From contig JACQVS010000003.1 in the NCBI GenBank assembly GCA_016209605.1, forward strand, positions 1 to 49,462: a stretch of 49,462 bases of DNA, given 5' to 3'. The stretch's first letter is position 1. The number at the start of each line of letters is the position of its first letter. The translations under genes were made by a program, and so were the position numbers. The notes beneath the pieces are model-generated. The model saw only the letters and a list, made by a program, of their open reading frames with translations, did not search any database and was not told where the DNA came from. Below, one piece after another: positions 45,220-49,462 of the stretch. The DNA comes from Planctomycetota bacterium. GTDB taxonomy: Bacteria; Planctomycetota; UBA8108; JACQVS01.

Positions 45220-46080
45220 ATGAGCACCCTTGCAAAAATTTTTGTCGTTTTCAACCTGTTATTGACGGTGGCGTTCTTTGGCACCTCCGGCACCCTCTTC
45301 TACACGCGCAAGAATTACCTCGACATTTACCAGAAGGCGCAAGATGCTCACACCAGTCAGCTTGGCGAAATCGAGGTCAAGTTCAATACGCAGAAGGCTC
45401 AACTCGACCTGATCGCCCAGCAGAACTCGGCCCTGAAGGCCACCAGCGCCGAGCTGGCCGCCAAGAACAAGAACCTCGACACCGAAAAGCACGACCTCGC
45501 CACCAAGCTGGACTCGAAGGAGCAGCAGGTGAAGACCACGGCCGACTCGCTCACCCAGGCCCACAAGACCCTGCAGGATCTCGAAGCCGGCAAGACCCGG
45601 CTCGAGCAAGCCCTGGCGGAGGCCAAGAAGGCATCCGATGACGCCGTGGCCGCCCGCGAGAAGGCCATTCGCGACGTCACCCGCTTGAAGCTCGACTACG
45701 ACAAGCTGAACGGCCTCTACAGCCAGCTCCAGATCGCCAAGAACGAGCTGCAGGGGAAGGCGGAGGAGATGGAAATTGAACGCGACAATCTTCAGAAGCA
45801 ATTTCCAGATATCTTCAAGAGCGGCGGTCTCGGCCTGAACGTTCCCTCCATTCCCGGAAGGATCGAGGCGGTCAACGACAAGGACAAGCTGGTGGTCCTC
45901 TCGGTCGGCAAGGACCAGAAGGTCCAGGAGGGCTACAAGTTTTACGTCCGCCGCGGCGCGGTGTTCATCGGCAAGGTCACGGTCATCAAGGTTTATGACG
46001 ACCTCTCGGGCGCTCGGGTGGAGTACCTGAGCGGCACGAAGACCATTGAAGTCGGCGACGAGGTCAACACCACGTTCTGA
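45220..46080 (+). CDS. Hypothetical membrane-anchored coiled-coil protein with a C-terminal beta-domain.
   Basis: N-terminal TM (IFVVFNLLLTVAFFGTSG), about 170 aa of heptad-rich sequence, and C-terminus LVVLSVGKDQKVQEGYKFYVRRGAVFIGKVTVIKVYDDLSGARVEYLSGTKTIEVGDEV. Confidence 0.5.
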   Translation: MSTLAKIFVVFNLLLTVAFFGTSGTLFYTRKNYLDIYQKAQDAHTSQLGEIEVKFNTQKAQLDLIAQQNSALKATSAELAAKNKNLDTEKHDLATKLDSKEQQVKTTADSLTQAHKTLQDLEAGKTRLEQALAEAKKASDDAVAAREKAIRDVTRLKLDYDKLNGLYSQLQIAKNELQGKAEEMEIERDNLQKQFPDIFKSGGLGLNVPSIPGRIEAVNDKDKLVVLSVGKDQKVQEGYKFYVRRGAVFIGKVTVIKVYDDLSGARVEYLSGTKTIEVGDEVNTTF

Positions 46081-46155
46081 AAAAGCCTGCTTGGAAGCGC
46101 GCTTTCCACAAACCATCGACCCCGGATTTTGAGAGAATAAAAAAAGTAGGTTCCC

Positions 46156-46710
46156 ATGGCTGCCCAACCAGAAGAAATCATTGAAAAGCGGGCCTCGAGC
46201 CCCATCGCCACCAGCTGCTTGATCCTTTCGGCCCTGGCCCTGATCGGCGCCCTAGCCTTCCAGATCATCGAGATCAGCGAGGTGCGGGCCAAGATCCGGC
46301 CGCAAGCGGCGCTCGATCAGGACAATCCGGCGGAGTACATCCGCAAGGCCGATTACAATAAAGAAGAAGACCGCGTCAAGAAGATGATCGAGACTTTCAC
46401 CAAGGAGGACGAAATCAAGCCCTTCCACCAGGAGGCCGAGGAGAAGGTCGAGAAGGAGCGCGCGGAGGCCGCCGAGGCCAAGAAGGCGAGCAGCAAGAAG
46501 CCCGGGAAGCCGGCGGTGGAGGAAGAGGCCGTCAAGGAAGAGCCTAAAGAGGAAGCCAAGGAAGAGGCCAAAGAAGAGGCGAAGGAAGAAACCCAAGAAG
46601 AAGCCAAGCCCGAGGCGAAAGAAGAGGCCAAGGAGGAGGCCAAAGAGGAAGTCAAGGATTCGGCCCAGGAAAAGGCCGAGGAAAACCAGGAAAAGGCCGA
46701 GGAAAAATAG
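46156..46710 (+). CDS. Hypothetical membrane protein with a low-complexity (EEAKE)n acidic C-terminal region.
   Basis: TM ATSCLILSALALIGALAFQI. C-terminus KEEPKEEAKEEAKEEAKEETQEEAKPEAKEEAKEEAKEEVK, encoded by near-repeats of GAAGAGGCCAAGGAA. Confidence 0.45.
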   Translation: MAAQPEEIIEKRASSPIATSCLILSALALIGALAFQIIEISEVRAKIRPQAALDQDNPAEYIRKADYNKEEDRVKKMIETFTKEDEIKPFHQEAEEKVEKERAEAAEAKKASSKKPGKPAVEEEAVKEEPKEEAKEEAKEEAKEETQEEAKPEAKEEAKEEAKEEVKDSAQEKAEENQEKAEEK

Positions 46711-47139
46711 GCTATGCTGGCCTTTTCGCGGTCCAATTCACGACGGTTTGGGCTTTACATTCTCCCCGATTTAATCTAAGCTTAGTACTGGATTTCATAA
46801 GTAATTGTAGGGTCAGGCCGAGCGATTTTGGCTACTGGCAAGGCGCGCCCGCGAGGCACGACCCCCAAGCTTCGCTTGGCGGTACCCGGACGGAGTACCG
46901 CCGAGCGGGCGCAACGCCGCCAGGAGACGAAAGCGCCGGCATCACCCTACAAGGATTTGTGAAATTCGGTACTTAGGGTCTCGTTTCTAAGTCTTGGGAG
47001 CGAAAGCCTAGGCATTTAAAGAGCCGTATTCTCACTAGAAACCAAGGCGCGTTCGCGTTTTAAGGGCGCCCAGTTCCACGAACCGGTTCACCGGCAGAGT
47101 CCAGCGGAACTGAGGCGTCCCAGAGGAGTGAAGAGAGCT

Positions 47140-48192
47140 ATGTTCTTCTCAAAAGTCGTCGGGATGTTTTCCACCGATATGGGCATCGATCTGGGCACCG
47201 CCAACACCCTCGTTTGCGTGCAAGGCCGCGGCATCGTCCTCTCTGAACCCTCGGTCGTCGCCGTCAAGAAAGGCACCAACAAGGTGCTCCTCGACGGCAA
47301 CGCCGTCGGCCAGACCGCCAAGGAAATGCTCGGGCGCACCCCGGCCTCCATCGAGGCCATCCGGCCGCTCAAGAGCGGGGTCATCGCCGACTTCGACATC
47401 ACGGAGGCGATGATCTCCTACTTCATCCGCAAAGTGCACAACCGCGCGCGCTGGTTCAGCCCGCGGGTGGTGATCGCCATTCCGTCCGGCATCACCGAGG
47501 TCGAAAAGCGCGCCGTCTTCAACTCCGCTGAGCGCGCCGGCGCCCGCGAGGTTTACCTGAACGAGGAGCCCCGCGCCGCCGGCTTGGGGGCCGGCCTGCC
47601 GATCCACGAGCCCTGCGGCAACATGATCGTCGATGTCGGCGGCGGCACCACCGAGATCGCCGTCATCTCCCTCGCCGACGTGGTCGTCTCGAACAGCTTG
47701 CGCGTCGCCGGCGATGAGATGGACAGCGCCATCATCCAGCACATGAAGAAGAACTACAACATCCTCATCGGCGAGAACACCGCCGAGCGGATCAAGATCC
47801 AGATCGGCTCGGCTTACCCGTTGGAGGAGGAGTGCACCATGGAGGTCATGGGCCGGGACCTCATTGCCGGCCTGCCGCGCGCCGTCAGCGTCAGCTCCGA
47901 GGAGATCCGCGAGGCCCTCAAGGAGCCGGTGATGCAGATCATTGAAGGCATTCGCCAGACCCTCGAGCGCACCGGGCCGGAGCTGTCCGCTGACCTGGTC
48001 GAGCGCGGCATGACCCTTTGCGGCGGCGGCACCTTGCTGCGCGGCTTCGACAAGCTGGTGCGCGAGGAGACCGGCCTGCCGGTCCAGTACGCCGATGATC
48101 CGCTCACCGCCGTGGCGCGCGGCACCGGCATCTTCCTCGAGCGCCTCGATGAGTTCAAATCGATCCTCGAGAGCGCCGAGGACGACCTGTGA
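47140..48192 (+). CDS. mreB: Rod-shape-determining actin homologue MreB.
   Basis: [17 protein letters not shown], the phosphate-2 motif and MreB-specific core. GAGGAG RBS 10 nt before the ATG at 47140. Confidence 0.9.
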   Translation: MFFSKVVGMFSTDMGIDLGTANTLVCVQGRGIVLSEPSVVAVKKGTNKVLLDGNAVGQTAKEMLGRTPASIEAIRPLKSGVIADFDITEAMISYFIRKVHNRARWFSPRVVIAIPSGITEVEKRAVFNSAERAGAREVYLNEEPRAAGLGAGLPIHEPCGNMIVDVGGGTTEIAVISLADVVVSNSLRVAGDEMDSAIIQHMKKNYNILIGENTAERIKIQIGSAYPLEEECTMEVMGRDLIAGLPRAVSVSSEEIREALKEPVMQIIEGIRQTLERTGPELSADLVERGMTLCGGGTLLRGFDKLVREETGLPVQYADDPLTAVARGTGIFLERLDEFKSILESAEDDL

Positions 48193-48223
48193 TCCTCCCC
48201 GGTTCCGCAGGGGGTGGCCGTTC

Positions 48224-49006
48224 ATGAGCCTTCGTTCCCGCAGCCAGCCGTCGCCGTGGCTGACCTTTTTCCTCGGAGGAGTCCTGCTGATCCCGCCGCT
48301 CGCCCACGTCGGCTGGCGCGAGTGGCGCCGGCGTCGGCTGGATCCGGAGGCCCATCTGGCGAAGCGGGTCGAAGACCTCGAGCGCGAGCTGGCCAGCGCC
48401 CAGAAGCAGCTCGCCCTGCGGGAGCGCGAGCTGGAGGTGCTGTCGGAGTGGAAGCGGCAAAAGCCGGAGTTCGCGCCGAGGGCGGCGCGGGTCCTGCCGC
48501 TCGCCGACCCGTCGCCGCGGCGCCACGCCCTGTGGATCTCCTGCGGTGAAGATGGGCGGATTCACCGGGAGACGCCGGTGGTCCAGGGAGGGGCGCTGGT
48601 CGGCCAGGTGGACTGGGCGGTGCCGGGCCGGCCGTTCGTCCGCGTGCAGACGATAAGCGACCCCTACTTCCGCATCCGCTTCCGCTACCGCGACGCCTGG
48701 GGCTTCCTGAGCGGCACGGGGGAGTCGAAGGGAGGCGACCGGCCGCTCCTCGAAATCCAGTTCCTGGGGGCGGAGGTGCATTTCCAGGAAGGCGACAAGG
48801 TTTTCACCGATGGAAAAGATGGGATTTATCCCGATGGCCTCCTGATCGGCGAGCTGGTGGCGGCGCAGCCCGGCAAAAATCCGTCCGGCAAGGGGGATTT
48901 TCGGATTCGCGCCGCCATTTCCCCGGCCGATCTCAAGGAGGTGATCCTCCTCGTCGACCGGGTCACCGCCGAGGCGCGGGTGTCGATCCTCGATGGGAAA
49001 CCATGA
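48224..49006 (+). CDS. mreC: Rod-shape-determining protein MreC.
   Basis: Immediately downstream of mreB. N-terminal TM, coiled-coil (LERELASAQKQLALRERELEVL), then a beta-rich domain (GDKVFTDGKDGIYPDGLLIGELV). Start set at the ATG at 48224. Confidence 0.75.
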   Translation: MSLRSRSQPSPWLTFFLGGVLLIPPLAHVGWREWRRRRLDPEAHLAKRVEDLERELASAQKQLALRERELEVLSEWKRQKPEFAPRAARVLPLADPSPRRHALWISCGEDGRIHRETPVVQGGALVGQVDWAVPGRPFVRVQTISDPYFRIRFRYRDAWGFLSGTGESKGGDRPLLEIQFLGAEVHFQEGDKVFTDGKDGIYPDGLLIGELVAAQPGKNPSGKGDFRIRAAISPADLKEVILLVDRVTAEARVSILDGKP

Positions 49007-49015
49007 GGTTGGGCC

Positions 49016-49462
49016 ATGAAGCCTGGAAAAGTGCTTTTTCTTTTCGCCGCCGCGGCGCTTTATCAGATGCTCGCATTGCCCATTTTCCGCCTCGGCCCCG
49101 CCGCCCCCGACTTCGTCTTCCTGGTCTTCGTTTACCTGGCCTTCTTTTCGCCTCCGGGGCCGCTCCTCATCTTGAGCGGCGCCTGCTCGCTGGTCCTCGA
49201 CCTCCTGTCGCTGGAGCCCTTGGGAGCGCACGCCGCTGGAGTTCTCCCGGCCCTCTGGCTGGTCGGCAAGCTGCGCGGCTGGTTCATCGCCGAAAGCCCG
49301 CCGTGGCGGGCGCTTCTGGTCCTCGGAGCGGCGCTCCTCTCCTTCGAGCTTCGGCGGCTGTACGATTTCTTGGCGGAAGGAGGAGGAGCTTCCTTTTCGG
49401 CGAGTCTGCTTTCGGCCCTTTACACTGCCCTGGCGGGAGTCGTCGTCCACGCCTTCCTCGAC
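49016..49462 (+). CDS. mreD: Rod-shape-determining protein MreD (5' partial; runs off the window end).
   Basis: Open frame starting 10 nt after the mreC stop. Highly hydrophobic polytopic translation (FVFLVFVYLAFFSPPGPLLILSGACSLVLDLL...). Position after mreBC. Confidence 0.55.
   Translation, partial: MKPGKVLFLFAAAALYQMLALPIFRLGPAAPDFVFLVFVYLAFFSPPGPLLILSGACSLVLDLLSLEPLGAHAAGVLPALWLVGKLRGWFIAESPPWRALLVLGAALLSFELRRLYDFLAEGGGASFSASLLSALYTALAGVVVHAFLD

Noticed and set aside
46711-47139. Scanned the 430-nt mreB upstream gap for tRNA, tmRNA, SRP or RNase P RNA.
   Set aside because: No T-loop GTTCRA, no tmRNA tag reading frame ending in AA-stop, and no SRP domain IV or RNase P conserved motifs recognisable by eye. 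Only generic hairpins, so it stays an unclassified possible leader.
47149-49450. 358-aa and 431-aa minus-strand ORFs antisense to mreB, mreC and mreD.
   Set aside because: Shadow ORFs in GC-rich sequence; mreBCD is well supported on the plus strand.
1-49462. Mobile elements, integrases, phage genes, rRNA or tRNA genes.
   Set aside because: No transposase or integrase-like ORF, terminal inverted repeats of IS type, or RNA gene signatures were found. GC content is uniform apart from short promoter-like AT-richer gaps, so nothing suggests a horizontally acquired island.

Overview
This is a high-GC (~65%) bacterial chromosomal segment with Gram-negative-type envelope functions (Mla lipid transporter, NfeD/flotillin, lipoproteins, MreBCD). 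Coding density is high, operons are often translationally coupled, and there are many antisense shadow ORFs typical of GC-rich DNA. I support about 45 protein-coding genes and no rRNA, tRNA, CRISPR array, transposase or integrase.

Recognisable genes, in window order:
- dapB, a dockerin-bearing secreted protein and a polyprenyl diphosphate synthase;
- a 1726-aa tandem-duplicated UvrA with four ABC ATPase modules;
- an nfeD-flotillin operon;
- a six-gene operon fusing a lipoprotein, an RsbW-like kinase and a STAS antagonist to mlaE, mlaF and mlaD;
- signal peptidase I, a class IV aminotransferase and an SDR;
- an envelope-glycan neighbourhood: GH-like family 10 lipoprotein, ArnD-like deacetylase, GT28 MGDG-synthase-like transferase, LPG-synthase-TM flippase-like protein, GT4;
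- nfuA;
- an ECF sigma factor overlapping a membrane Ser/Thr kinase, followed by a HEAT-repeat lipoprotein;
- a six-gene co-directional cluster of unassignable envelope proteins around a DUF151 nuclease;
- a YlbF-like gene heading an oppABCDF peptide importer;
- an aroD-aroE fusion, rho (unusual N-terminus), ribE, two unknown membrane proteins, and mreB, mreC, mreD (partial).

Non-coding features worth a second look are listed in the findings:
- a nested stem-loop flanked by ~33-nt direct repeats (19338-19490);
- a perfect 21-bp inverted repeat (40714-40763);
- twin G-rich hairpin repeats behind a near-consensus promoter (45017-45134);
- a perfect 4 x 18-nt in-frame tandem repeat (29529-29600);
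- a possible frameshifted small gene (40115-40536).
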